IMG/VR virus record: IMGVR_UViG_3300048592_000721
Coordinates: 1-59,644 of that record
Strand: one strand, 5' to 3'
DNA: 59,644 bases
From: a virus
Taxonomy: Duplodnaviria; Caudoviricetes
A model generated the notes under the pieces. It was not told the DNA's origin and made no database searches. It worked only from the letters and a program-made list of their open reading frames with translations. The translations under genes and the position numbers were made by a program. This document shows positions 37,253 to 47,207 of the stretch, one piece after another (the first letter of the stretch is position 1; each line of letters starts with the position of its first letter).

Positions 37253-38188
37253 TCAAATTCTTGCTTGGTTTTCTATCAGCCACTCGCCACGCAAGCGGGA
37301 GGCTGTACTTTGCGGAAGGGATAATGCCTGTTCGACTTCCGAGAATGACGGGACACTTCCATTAGTTTTGAAATACTCATCCATCCATTGGAAAACTCTT
37401 TCCCTGTGGGTGGATTTCCTACCCATTGTTTTGGAATTAGTTCCACCAGTTTCAGAACCAGTTTTGGAAGTTCCAGAAGTCCTCAATCCACTTTCGGAAG
37501 TTTTGGAAGTCTGCGCCCTGGCTTTTTCGAGTTTCAGAACCCGACGGGCTTCGGCGTCGAGCCGTTTTTGTTCGAGATCAAAATCAGCCTGCTTGCGCTG
37601 CGATTCGAGGGTGAGTTCTTCCTGGCGGCGTTTTGTTTCCTGATCAGCAATTTCATTTTGCTCGACTTTGATTTCTGCGGCTTCGTATGCTGCAACGCGG
37701 CGGGCGTGTTGGGAGCGGAGAGCCAGGGTGACAACGGCGGGAAGCGATAGCATAGACAACATTAATTTTACAATCCAGTCATGCCAGCCGAGATCAAGAC
37801 CAACATTAACCATAATAACTATGACGAGGTAAAAAACAACTGTTCCCGCCGAAACATAAAGTTGGGTTGTGATCTTCTGGTCTTTGTTCCTGTCGTTCCA
37901 GTCCCACAATTCGAGCGCAGTCGTTACGACACTAATCCCAAGCCCTTCGATAGATGCTGAGATAATCACGCCAACGCCAGGCGGAAGATTCAACTTCAAT
38001 TCATCCGTCGAATTTTGGTATGCAAAAAATGCAGGAACCAACGGGGCGATCCACGGAATAGTGGACGCCAGATTTCCGACAAAGGTTTTTTCTGCGATAA
38101 CCGTGAGGGCACGCCATTCATCGAGGACGAATGCGACGTTTTTTACAAAGTCACTTTGAGGTTGGACGGGTTGTTCAAATTCTGCCAA
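37253..38188 (-). CDS. multi-TM, coiled-coil, C-terminal HTH protein (Spd-like)
   Basis: About 4 TM segments, coiled coil, and PSFSEVEQALSLPQSTASR HTH. Confidence 0.6.
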   Translation of the reverse strand: MAEFEQPVQPQSDFVKNVAFVLDEWRALTVIAEKTFVGNLASTIPWIAPLVPAFFAYQNSTDELKLNLPPGVGVIISASIEGLGISVVTTALELWDWNDRNKDQKITTQLYVSAGTVVFYLVIVIMVNVGLDLGWHDWIVKLMLSMLSLPAVVTLALRSQHARRVAAYEAAEIKVEQNEIADQETKRRQEELTLESQRKQADFDLEQKRLDAEARRVLKLEKARAQTSKTSESGLRTSGTSKTGSETGGTNSKTMGRKSTHRERVFQWMDEYFKTNGSVPSFSEVEQALSLPQSTASRLRGEWLIENQARI

Positions 38189-38217
38189 GATGCTCTCCTT
38201 TACTACGGACTACGCCA

Positions 38218-40365
38218 CTACGCGGCGAAAATGGGCTGAAAATCTTCGTTTTTGTGCGTAGTTGTGAACGTAGCACTACGCGTAGTGTCCCAACTAGCGA
38301 CCAGGCGGTCGATTTCTGCGTTTACGTCAGCCACATCAACACCCTGCAAACTGGCGACCACCCGCTTGATCTTGACCGAGCGAGCGCCGTTTTTGACCTC
38401 GCCGAAGACCGCCCGCTCCAGACCGTTCCAGCCAGACCACTTGTGCGCGTCGCGCATCGTCATCCATTCGGCGGCAATTTTTTCCTCGATGTCGGTTTCT
38501 TCGTCGCTGGATACCGACTGAGGCATCTGCGGTTTTTCTTCGGCGATGGTAGAGCCATCGACCCAACTCATTGGCTCTTGTGCTACGGCGGGACGGTCAA
38601 GCAGGAACGCTTGAATCTCGTCGTCGGTTGGGGCGAATGCTGCGCCGAGGGTGATATCGGCAGAGCCATCGCCAAAGGTGGAAAAAAAATGGCGAGAGGG
38701 CAGGTCGGTGGCGGAGGGGTCGCGCACGCCAAGTGCAATCTCGCTAGCCTTCGGTTCGCTCAACCTAAAAACCATGCGCCCCATATTTCTGCGGGCGCTG
38801 ATGTCTACGTTTGCGCCTGTGGCGTCCTGAACAACCTGAATGATGTTGATTCCGTATTTGCCGCCTTCTTGAATCAGGGCGGTGGCTATGCTGGAAACGG
38901 TATTGCCCATGCCAGTCTTGACAGCATTCAACTGGCGCACAGCGGAGGAAAATTCATCGAGAACGACATATAACTGCGGCTGCCCTGTCTGTTGCCAGAT
39001 GGACATGCGCTTATTGGTCAGGTAGTCGTCGCGTTCTTTCATCAGTCCAGCGACGCGGCGAAGGACTTCAAGGTACTTTTGCGGCTCGTTGAGTAAATCA
39101 ACGCCAACGATTTTGGCGTTAGCATGATTCTCAAACGGGTAAAAATCTACCCGCTTGCCGATGAATAAAACTTGGTATCCCATCGTCAATGCAGAGGCGG
39201 CGACGGTGCGCAGACCATAGCGGGATTTGCCTGTGCGCGTCCTGCCGACAATCAGCAAGTGTGGGTCTTCTGCTGGATCTGCTGTCAGCAACCCTCTTGA
39301 GCCGACTCCATACGGAAGTTTTTTCCCGTCCCAGTTGTTGGCGAGTGTTGACCATTCGGGTAGTGCCAATGCCGTGATGCGGTTTGACACAGGCAGGCTG
39401 ACGATAGTTTCTGCGGGCGTTTCGGGATTAGTGATTTTTATTCCGCTGGCAGACATGGCAGAATCTCTCATTTGCTTCGCCATGTCTGAAGTCAACTTTC
39501 CAGCCTGTGGCGCGAGGATACGGACGCCTTCGAGGTTGCGGGCTGACTGCACGTTGCGTAGTGCCTGTTCATCGTCGAGATCGTCTACTGTGGGGTCGAG
39601 CGCAGCGCGGTGCATGAGGTTGGGGTTCAGGAGTTTTTCGCCAGACATCAAAGAGCCTGACGTGATCAGTGGGTGGCGTCCGTTGGCATCGGGTTTCATG
39701 GCTTCGGCTTTTTGTTTGAGAATGACGGCTTTGCCGCGTTCCTCGCCCCACAAGATAAACTTATAAAGACCAAAAACAAGAACTCCAAGAAACACCAAGA
39801 AAACAAATGTCCCGCCAACGTTTGTCATCCAGACAGATACGCGCTTTGAATTCAGCGCGTCGGCTTCGACGATTTGGGTGGCTTTGATTACGGTAGCTGT
39901 AGCAGGCGCGGCGGTTTGCCAGGCTGCTTGATTTGTGCCAGCAGCTTGAGTTTGTGCTACCTGGGTTTGTGTAGCAAACTCTGTGCCGACAGCCAGGGTG
40001 ACGTCAACCCAAAACGCCTGGGTTCCGTGTGCGCTTTGGGTTTCTGCAATGGCATAGGCTGTGCTGGTTTTTGCTGATTCCGCCGTGCTGGTTGCTTTGT
40101 CTTTGGCGATGACTGCATACGCGGTGCCGACTTCATCCGTCGTGGGCGTGGTTGTGATGTATTGCGTAGGCAAGGACGACGGGCTGGTGGTCGGGAATTC
40201 TCTGCTCAGGGATGGCGTTGCAAGCGGCTCGTACATTGAGGCAGGAGCTAGATCAACACCTGCACGGTTACGGCGGGCAAGGAACACTGTCCCGGTAATC
40301 GCAAACGCGAACACGCAAAAAAGTAAGATCGTCGTGACAGGGGATTTCCTATTGTTCTTTTTCAT
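38218..40365 (-). CDS. FtsK/SpoIIIE(TraB)-like membrane ATPase
   Basis: Two TM segments with a Thr/Ala-rich loop, PHLLIVGRTRTGKS Walker A, VVLDEF Walker B and EGGKYGI..VQ. Confidence 0.8.
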   Translation of the reverse strand: MKKNNRKSPVTTILLFCVFAFAITGTVFLARRNRAGVDLAPASMYEPLATPSLSREFPTTSPSSLPTQYITTTPTTDEVGTAYAVIAKDKATSTAESAKTSTAYAIAETQSAHGTQAFWVDVTLAVGTEFATQTQVAQTQAAGTNQAAWQTAAPATATVIKATQIVEADALNSKRVSVWMTNVGGTFVFLVFLGVLVFGLYKFILWGEERGKAVILKQKAEAMKPDANGRHPLITSGSLMSGEKLLNPNLMHRAALDPTVDDLDDEQALRNVQSARNLEGVRILAPQAGKLTSDMAKQMRDSAMSASGIKITNPETPAETIVSLPVSNRITALALPEWSTLANNWDGKKLPYGVGSRGLLTADPAEDPHLLIVGRTRTGKSRYGLRTVAASALTMGYQVLFIGKRVDFYPFENHANAKIVGVDLLNEPQKYLEVLRRVAGLMKERDDYLTNKRMSIWQQTGQPQLYVVLDEFSSAVRQLNAVKTGMGNTVSSIATALIQEGGKYGINIIQVVQDATGANVDISARRNMGRMVFRLSEPKASEIALGVRDPSATDLPSRHFFSTFGDGSADITLGAAFAPTDDEIQAFLLDRPAVAQEPMSWVDGSTIAEEKPQMPQSVSSDEETDIEEKIAAEWMTMRDAHKWSGWNGLERAVFGEVKNGARSVKIKRVVASLQGVDVADVNAEIDRLVASWDTTRSATFTTTHKNEDFQPIFAA

Positions 40366-40886
40366 GGGATTATCTGGTAAATGACAAAACACACCGCGCC
40401 GACAATCATCAAGAAAACGGGAATGGATACCAATTTTCCTTTTTTATCAATTGCCGCTCCTACTGATGCGACTACCCAAAATGCAATCATTGTAAGCACA
40501 ACGTACATATAATATTTTCTGCCCTGCCACCACGCCGACCAGTCAGTGGTTATGGCTGCCATTGAAATTATCAAAACAAAAAACAAACCGATTCCAATGG
40601 AGAGCCACTTTGCCCACGACGGGTCTGGTTCGCTCATTGCTTTTCTTGAATCGCTCAAAGCATTCATGTATTCTTTGTCGGTCATGGGGGGAGGGGACGG
40701 TATTCTGTCCAGCAAGGAAAATATTCCCCTATCAATCAAGTCTTCCAGACCGCCAAACAGAAACCATTTCATGAACAATAAAAAGATGATGATTGTCACA
40801 GGAATTAGAAAGAACACCTGATAGGGTTCGTTCCAGCCTTCTTCTATGGGGAGCATAATATTGAGAAGTGCATAAATCTTTTCCAT
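40362..40886 (-). CDS. integral membrane protein
   Basis: Four hydrophobic segments. Confidence 0.65.
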   Translation of the reverse strand: MEKIYALLNIMLPIEEGWNEPYQVFFLIPVTIIIFLLFMKWFLFGGLEDLIDRGIFSLLDRIPSPPPMTDKEYMNALSDSRKAMSEPDPSWAKWLSIGIGLFFVLIISMAAITTDWSAWWQGRKYYMYVVLTMIAFWVVASVGAAIDKKGKLVSIPVFLMIVGAVCFVIYQIIP

Positions 40887-40904
40887 TGTTTTGTTTTCCC
40901 TTGA

Positions 40905-41218
40905 TTAGGTTCTTACTTCAACAATGTTGATTCCGTAAATCGCTTCGACAAGTTTTTTCTTGAGTCTAAACACAGGAGTTGCCATCCCCTTAACGTCCTC
41001 CACGACACGAGTCCCGTGCGGTCTGTGTACTGAAAGTCTGCGATATATTTGCCCACCTTCTTGCCGTTGACGATAAGCGGAAAAACTGGTTGTAGGGCTA
41101 GGTTGAAAATTTCTCCAGCCCTTTCAGCCAGGATAAGTTCAGAGTACCGATGTGCTTCTGCCTTGCTTTCGAAAACAAAGCCGTCAACTTCTGTTTTTTT
41201 TGCGCCGTATTTGGACAT
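40905..41218 (-). pseudogene. DUF1064 PD-(D/E)xK endonuclease, frameshifted
   Basis: SKYGAKKTEVDG..F.SK.EA.RY and YIADF. The VVEDVKG...FRLKKKL C-terminus continues in another frame from about 41015. Confidence 0.75.
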
Positions 41219-41224
41219 AGTATT

Positions 41225-41997
41225 TTTTTACTCTGATAAGCGGATATGTTCTCGACCTGAGCGGTTCACGAGCCGCCCAGGTCTTTGAGGAGGGAACACC
41301 ATGCGTACACCACATACGCAGTTTGTTCGGGAGGCTCCCGCGCCGCAGGACTTACGGCGCGGGGTGAATTTGCCTCCCAAGAGCAGATGACTGGACTTGA
41401 ACCAGTGACCTCCGAATTACGAGTTCGGTGCGCTGCCAACTGCGCCACATCCGCGTGATGCAGGATGAAGGGAGCCTATCCTGCATAGATCAAGCCTCTT
41501 AACAATAAAGTGGAGTCCGAGGCGTTGATTTCAAAAAAGTGAGTGATCCAGCCTTTGGCACTTTGCCACATCCCTGAACAATTTGCCGCTTTCGCGGAAG
41601 TCTGCATTTTTACTGTCAGGCACTCACTATTATTCGAAATTTGGAAGCCGCGCCGCTCTTATGGTTTGAGCGGAACCATTGCTCACCGCTCGCGACTTCC
41701 TGCAATTAGAGATTCGAGATAAAGGCTGGCGAAGTTCTGCGTGACAAGGCTTGCCTTGATGACACGCACCGGACTTTGTCTTTCACGGCTTCCGATTGTG
41801 CCGACCAGCATTTTTCCATCGAGCCTGTTACTCATTACCGTGGGTTCAGGCGCGCGCGAGTCTCTCTGCTCGATGGACTATGAAACGGGCGGCTGACTTG
41901 AACAGCACCTGCATCCATCCCATGAGTTCAGGACAAGACCATGACTCACTGGGCGACCCGTAACATTCGATTTTCAAGGTGATCCACGCCGCCCCAT
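41225..41997 (-). ncRNA. candidate large structured ncRNA containing tRNA-Thr
   Basis: No convincing ORF. Continuous series of long-stem domains. Begins right after a TGAACACTT motif copy. Confidence 0.5.
41382..41454 (-). tRNA. tRNA-Thr (CGT)
   Basis: GCGGATG/CATCTGC acceptor, CCGAA-CTCGTAA-TTCGG anticodon arm and GGTTCAAGTCC T-arm. Confidence 0.92.
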
Positions 41998-42034
41998 GTT
42001 TTCTTACCCAGATAAGTGTTCAAGAAACAAAAAA

Positions 42035-43396
42035 TCAACCTGTATATGCGGCATCCCTGAAAGTCGTGAATTTTTTTAGGTATTTCAGGTTTACGCTTCC
42101 GGTTGGACCGTCGCGGCGCTTGGCTACGATGCACTCGGTGTAATCCTTTTTGCCGTACTGATCGAGATATAGAAAGATGACTGTATTTGCATCCTGCTCG
42201 ATTCCGCTGGAATCTTTTAGGTCCGCAAGTGTTGGGCGTTTTTCTGTCCGTTGCTCCACGCTGCGATTAAGCTGAGCGGCAGAGATAACCGGGATGTCAA
42301 GTTCACGAGCAAGAAGTTTGTTCTGGCGTGATATGTGACCAACTTCCAATGCGCGGTTGGCGAAATTTCCACCACCGGACATCAATTGAAGGTAGTCTAC
42401 GATTACAAGGTCAAGACCATATTCACGCTGGATTTGCAAGCACTTTGCCCGAAGCGTGACTGGTGTAAGGTTGCTGATATCTGACAGGAATATTTGCCCT
42501 CTGTTTTCGTACAGTTCAATAGTTTCGTTAAAGCGGATCCACTCTTCACTGTCAAGACCGCCAGTCTTGATTTTTGTAGTTTCGATCATCGCTTCCTGAG
42601 AGATAAACCTTCTCACAACCTCTTCGCCGTTCATTTCCAGTGAGAAGATCGCGACATTTTTTCTTTGCTTCAAAACATTGTGCCTAGCAACGTCGAACAA
42701 AAACGAGGTTTTTCCTTGTCCAGGTGGTCCAGCAACGACAATATTTTCCTGGTTTTCCAATCCAAGAAGTAGCAGGTCAAGGTCGAGTAGCCCTGTCTTA
42801 ATTCCAGTGATAATTGATTCGCCTTTGGCGGTTCGCTCGGCATTGCTGGCGGCGCGGTCATATACTGCCGATATGCACGTTTTGAAAAAATCCTTGTCAT
42901 TACCTTTACTGGTCGAAATCGAAATAATCTCGCGGCTGGCTTCTTCTATCGCTTCCTCCGCTGAGAGCGTCGCTTTATAGGACAGGCTGGCTATCTTATT
43001 CGCTGCTGACAACAACTTGCGCCGAACCGAGTGACCTTCGACGATGCGCCCGTAGGATTCCGCATTCAGCGAAGACGGAACCTGGTTGATAAGCGAGGTC
43101 AGGTATGCCGACCCGCCAGCCTCCGCCAGTTGATTGACCCTTTCCATTTCCTCGGATACGGTCAGCAAATCAACGGACATCCGCTTTTCGTTGAGCCTGT
43201 CATAAGCCTGCCATACCCACTTATTGCGCTCGATGTAAAAATCATTGGCTGAAAGGAATTGCGCGATGTCGTAATAAACATCAGGGTTGATCAGCACTGC
43301 GCCGACTACTGCTTCTTCGGCTTCGCGGCTGTGCGGAACAGTCGTGCTCGTCATCTCTTCGACTTTTTCTTCTGGTGGGTAAAGTTCGTCGCTCAT
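42035..43396 (-). CDS. dnaB: replicative DNA helicase
   Basis: PHS.EAEEAVVG, GPPGQGKT, IVDYLQLM, AQLNR and IEQDA. Confidence 0.95.
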   Translation of the reverse strand: MSDELYPPEEKVEEMTSTTVPHSREAEEAVVGAVLINPDVYYDIAQFLSANDFYIERNKWVWQAYDRLNEKRMSVDLLTVSEEMERVNQLAEAGGSAYLTSLINQVPSSLNAESYGRIVEGHSVRRKLLSAANKIASLSYKATLSAEEAIEEASREIISISTSKGNDKDFFKTCISAVYDRAASNAERTAKGESIITGIKTGLLDLDLLLLGLENQENIVVAGPPGQGKTSFLFDVARHNVLKQRKNVAIFSLEMNGEEVVRRFISQEAMIETTKIKTGGLDSEEWIRFNETIELYENRGQIFLSDISNLTPVTLRAKCLQIQREYGLDLVIVDYLQLMSGGGNFANRALEVGHISRQNKLLARELDIPVISAAQLNRSVEQRTEKRPTLADLKDSSGIEQDANTVIFLYLDQYGKKDYTECIVAKRRDGPTGSVNLKYLKKFTTFRDAAYTG

Positions 43397-44319
43397 AGTC
43401 TGATGTGCCTTCTCCAGTCATCGGTAGGGATTGGCGTCGGAATGACTTGCGGCGGTTTCTGCGCTTCGGAGGCGCGAAGGCTGCCAGCGGTGCCGACAAC
43501 CGAAAACGGGTCCTTGATTGTCAGACCTTCGGCGAACATCTTGGCGCAAGCCCTGGTGACATTTTCGGGTGATAAGCCAGTCCGCGCTTTCTGGTCACGG
43601 AAGGCGCTGCACCACCCGGCAACATCCTGCTTAAGCGGGAAAATCCCTGTGGCAAGGACGAACGCACGGACAAAGTCCTTGTGTTCCTGCGGGAACATTT
43701 CGACAGCATTGGCGACCTTTGCCTCCTGCAGTTCTGCTTCGGTTGGCAGTTGCACTTCCTCGACACCTGCGGCGATTTGCCAGTCGATTCCCCAAGTGAC
43801 GGGCGGGGCGGCTTTGCCGCCGTCTTCTTGTGGTGTGCGCTCTTTTGGCGCGTTCGCGCCAAGATAGTCTTTGGTAGTCTCTGCTGTAGTCTCTGTTAAT
43901 TCATCTTTAACATCGGATAAATGTGATCTGTTGGATGGGGTCAACTTGCCATCATCTGATTGGATCAATTTGATCTCATGCAACGTACACAACTTATCGT
44001 AGTCAATGCGGTAGTATTTTCGCATATCTCGCTTTTTGGCTTTCAGTTGTTCAGAGACTACAATGCCGATTTCTTCCAACCGCAGGAAGGCGCGTTTAAT
44101 CGTTGGAACAGACCAGAACGGGAAATTTTCCCGCCATTCTTCATAGGTGTTGTAAATCCATTTGACGCCGTTTTCGTCAACCTCACCTGCGACTGCTTTA
44201 TTTTCCAGCCAATAATGTAGTTGTTGTGTGATGATGGCTTCGTTGAGTCCTATCGCTTGCGCAAGCGAAGGCAGGACTTGTAGCGGTGGTTCGTTGATGA
44301 GCAGATGCGATTTTTTCAT
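43393..44319 (-). CDS. phage replication initiator
   Basis: LLINEPPLQVLPSLA..IGLNEAI..QQLHYW wHTH. Upstream of dnaB. Confidence 0.82.
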   Translation of the reverse strand: MKKSHLLINEPPLQVLPSLAQAIGLNEAIITQQLHYWLENKAVAGEVDENGVKWIYNTYEEWRENFPFWSVPTIKRAFLRLEEIGIVVSEQLKAKKRDMRKYYRIDYDKLCTLHEIKLIQSDDGKLTPSNRSHLSDVKDELTETTAETTKDYLGANAPKERTPQEDGGKAAPPVTWGIDWQIAAGVEEVQLPTEAELQEAKVANAVEMFPQEHKDFVRAFVLATGIFPLKQDVAGWCSAFRDQKARTGLSPENVTRACAKMFAEGLTIKDPFSVVGTAGSLRASEAQKPPQVIPTPIPTDDWRRHIRL

Positions 44320-44322
44320 GGC

Positions 44323-44520
44323 TTATTTTTTCGACTTATGATCTAGCTCTTGCAAAGCGTCTTTAACTTCTTTCTTTGCAATTACGAGTTCTTTTTGAAG
44401 TTCTTCGATAAGGTCGCTACGAATCCCGGCAGATTTAATGCTTGAAATTGCATCTTCGATAAACCTTTGTTTATCCATTGCTTTTTCATATAGATACAAG
44501 CGTTCAATTTCTGATTTCAT
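44323..44520 (-). CDS. hypothetical protein
   Basis: GAGG RBS, in operon. Confidence 0.5.
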   Translation of the reverse strand: MKSEIERLYLYEKAMDKQRFIEDAISSIKSAGIRSDLIEELQKELVIAKKEVKDALQELDHKSKK

Positions 44521-44530
44521 GAGCGTGCCT

Positions 44531-44788
44531 CTATTCCTTTGTTTTGTCTTCTTCTTTTTTGTATTTCTCCGCCTGCTTGGTGATCTGCGGAAGGTTCTCG
44601 TGAATATCTTTTGCCAGTTGTGGCGTAATAATGACGTTGCCTTCTTCGGTGTGGATAACTACCGCATTGGGCAGGGCTATCAACTGAGCGCGGGTAGAGG
44701 GCTTACGTTTTATTCCAGCGAGCCGCTTTATAAAGTCCAAGGTATTTCTCCTAAGTGGAATGACGCCGGGCGCAATTGCGCCCAGCAA
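44531..44788 (-). CDS. hypothetical protein
   Basis: TTG start after a motif copy. Confidence 0.45.
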   Translation of the reverse strand: MLGAIAPGVIPLRRNTLDFIKRLAGIKRKPSTRAQLIALPNAVVIHTEEGNVIITPQLAKDIHENLPQITKQAEKYKKEEDKTKE

Positions 44789-44810
44789 TTTATCGTGTTA
44801 AGTGTTCAGG

Positions 44811-45701
44811 TTAGAAGGGAATGTCGTCTTCGGGCTGGAAGGGAGGTTCTTCAAACGGCACAAAATCTTCATGCGTGGAGGAATTGCCCGCCTGCGCCGC
44901 TTGTTGCATCTTCGAGAACACTTTTAACCATTCATCCGCCTGCTCGTGCAGGTCTGCCATAAATTCGGCGAGTGGTGCGCCGACGTACATGTTCTCGACC
45001 TTTTTCTCGTCCAATTCATCGGGAATGAAGGCGGTGATTGGTGTGACATATTTCTGAACGCCGCCGCGAGGCTGACCCGCTGGAACCTGTTTGCGTTCGC
45101 CGAAAGTGCCGATATACATCCAAAATAAATTCAGAACGGAATCGGAAAAGTCGGGAACGAGTTTCTTGACGTGTGGGGTGATAGCCTTCCTCCAAGTCTC
45201 AAACGACTTTTGGACATGATTGACCTGGTAGCCGCTTGCGGTAAGCATCACCGGCGACCATGCCTGTAGCTGTTTTTCTTGGTTCTTGTATCCGAGCATT
45301 CCGAGAACCTGCATACCAGGCTTTGCGCCCTTGGTGAACGGGGCGACGCGCCGCTCCACGCCGTTTACGTCCGCGACTGAGTACATGCGCATACCGATAG
45401 GCGCGAACGCAATTGAGCGAGCCGACTGGATGTAATATGGCTGCCCACTCCCGTCAGTTCGTTTGACCTCGTACAAGTTGGGGATTTTTTCCGGCACATC
45501 CCACTTCTCGGTGGCTTTCTTGATGTTTTCGTTACTGCACGCCCACCCTCCGAAATAGAGCGAGTTGTTCAGGGCTTCGAGGTCAGGATTGCCATTGATG
45601 ATGTAAAAGGCGGGCGCAGGGAATGGAAGTTCGACTGCTGAACGAGTTCTCATTGAGCCGTCGAACGCATTTTGAGCCTTTCCAGGAATTTGGATTGTCA
45701 T
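44811..45701 (-). CDS. SSB-like/recombination protein
   Basis: Acidic EDDIPF C-terminal tail. AAGGAG RBS before MTIQIP. Confidence 0.55.
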   Translation of the reverse strand: MTIQIPGKAQNAFDGSMRTRSAVELPFPAPAFYIINGNPDLEALNNSLYFGGWACSNENIKKATEKWDVPEKIPNLYEVKRTDGSGQPYYIQSARSIAFAPIGMRMYSVADVNGVERRVAPFTKGAKPGMQVLGMLGYKNQEKQLQAWSPVMLTASGYQVNHVQKSFETWRKAITPHVKKLVPDFSDSVLNLFWMYIGTFGERKQVPAGQPRGGVQKYVTPITAFIPDELDEKKVENMYVGAPLAEFMADLHEQADEWLKVFSKMQQAAQAGNSSTHEDFVPFEEPPFQPEDDIPF

Positions 45702-45769
45702 GATTTTTTCTCCTTGTTGAAAATAAGAAACGATGAAGGTCTTGATTTTGTTTTGTCTATTTGCCTCCT

Positions 45770-46306
45770 TCAAAAGTCGTAGGCGAAGTCTGCGAAACGC
45801 TGTTCAGGAGTTGCGTTTGCCCGAAGTCTGCGCATTTCTTCTCTTGTGCGAACGGGCATGAGTTTGTTCTTCCATGCCCGTGAATGACCTTTGTTTTCGC
45901 GGACGATCCACCCGTGTTTGCGGCACCACACTATTGCCTGCTTGATCTCGTCCTCTGTTTTGATTTCATCGGACATTGGGTGGGTTGTGGCTCTCCATCC
46001 CTGCGGGTATTTTTTGATATGCCACCCATCCACCTGTTTGACAAAGTCAACGCGAGTCACTTCTCCGCGCAGGGCGCGGGCTTTGTTGGATCCACTCATG
46101 GTGATGGAAAATCCCTGGGCTTTCACTGCGGCGCAGAGTTGCGCCATGGATTCTTCTCCGCCGTTCAGCAATTCCTCGAAGTCTGGAGCGCCGGCGTCGT
46201 CAGGGTTGAATCCTTTTTTCCAGACACGGATGAAGATCGTCGTAAAGCCTGCTCGCTCGATGTCCATGCGGGCAATGACTTTGGGAAGGTTTTTCAAGTC
46301 AATCAT
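45770..46306 (-). CDS. hypothetical protein
   Basis: AGGTGA RBS after a motif copy. Confidence 0.6.
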   Translation of the reverse strand: MIDLKNLPKVIARMDIERAGFTTIFIRVWKKGFNPDDAGAPDFEELLNGGEESMAQLCAAVKAQGFSITMSGSNKARALRGEVTRVDFVKQVDGWHIKKYPQGWRATTHPMSDEIKTEDEIKQAIVWCRKHGWIVRENKGHSRAWKNKLMPVRTREEMRRLRANATPEQRFADFAYDF

Positions 46307-46547
46307 GCTGTTTTCACCTACCCTGATAAGTGTTCATAAAGCGGAATTTCCGAACCAATAACCGATTGCGGAAGTACCTTTAGGATTGCCGTAGGCGTGA
46401 ATAAGGCAAGCGTAAAGCCGCGTTTGACGCGGCTCTGATGTTTAGGGTGGATTTTTGGGGAAGGGGTCTTGTAGGGCTGGAAAAATAAAAACTTATTCAG
46501 ATAAAAAAATACCCGTCCATTTGGACGGGTATTTTTTCGTGTGTCGC

Positions 46548-47120
46548 TTAAATTCTGCTCAGCAGTTCTTCTTTCTTTTGGGTGAATTCTGTCTCTGTCA
46601 AAATCCCTTGGTCTCGCAACTCCCCTAATTTCTTTATCGCGTCAATTGCACTTTGGGGTTGGCTATTCTGCATTTGCGGTGCTTTGGCTTGTTCAATTGC
46701 CTCGGAGATCGTCCTGGATAATGTCTCCAGTTCTTTCTTGGGTAGGTCAATTTCCATCACGTTTGTTATAGATTGAATCCGAAGAACAGAGAATATCAGC
46801 CCACCTTTCGACTCAACGTTGTTGATTTTTTCCAGCGCAATTTGTTCGACCTTTGTATTGAATAATATCTTTTGACAATGCAATACCCTTTTGCTCGTGG
46901 CTAAAAATATGCCGGATGTTTTGTTCTTAATGTCAAACGGCTTAATCGTGATTGCCTCGCCAGCGGTTACTATTCCAACATTGAAAGTGCCTAGATACAA
47001 GACCTGCTCATTACCTAGTAGTTGCTTTTCCGCAAATTCATACATACCTTTTCCGACTAAGGGATTCAGCCCGCCCTTTTGTTTCGCCTCACTGTATGCT
47101 TTCTCCAAATCGTCGCGCAT
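46548..47120 (-). CDS. bacterial PH (YokE-like) plus SHOCT domain protein
   Basis: LATSKRVL PH motif and IKKLGELRDQGILTETEFTQKKEELL SHOCT. Flanked by terminators. Confidence 0.8.
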   Translation of the reverse strand: MRDDLEKAYSEAKQKGGLNPLVGKGMYEFAEKQLLGNEQVLYLGTFNVGIVTAGEAITIKPFDIKNKTSGIFLATSKRVLHCQKILFNTKVEQIALEKINNVESKGGLIFSVLRIQSITNVMEIDLPKKELETLSRTISEAIEQAKAPQMQNSQPQSAIDAIKKLGELRDQGILTETEFTQKKEELLSRI

Positions 47121-47207
47121 ATTACCTCCTTGATCTTTGTTAGATTTTTGGCATTATAAGACAAAAACCTGCCGCATTCCTGCGGCAGGTTTTATTGGTT
47201 TTGTTCT

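Noticed and set aside
36868-37324. Short ORFs over the repeats (also 57147-57508)
   Set aside because: The repeat copies differ by indels that break the frames, so they are treated as non-coding.
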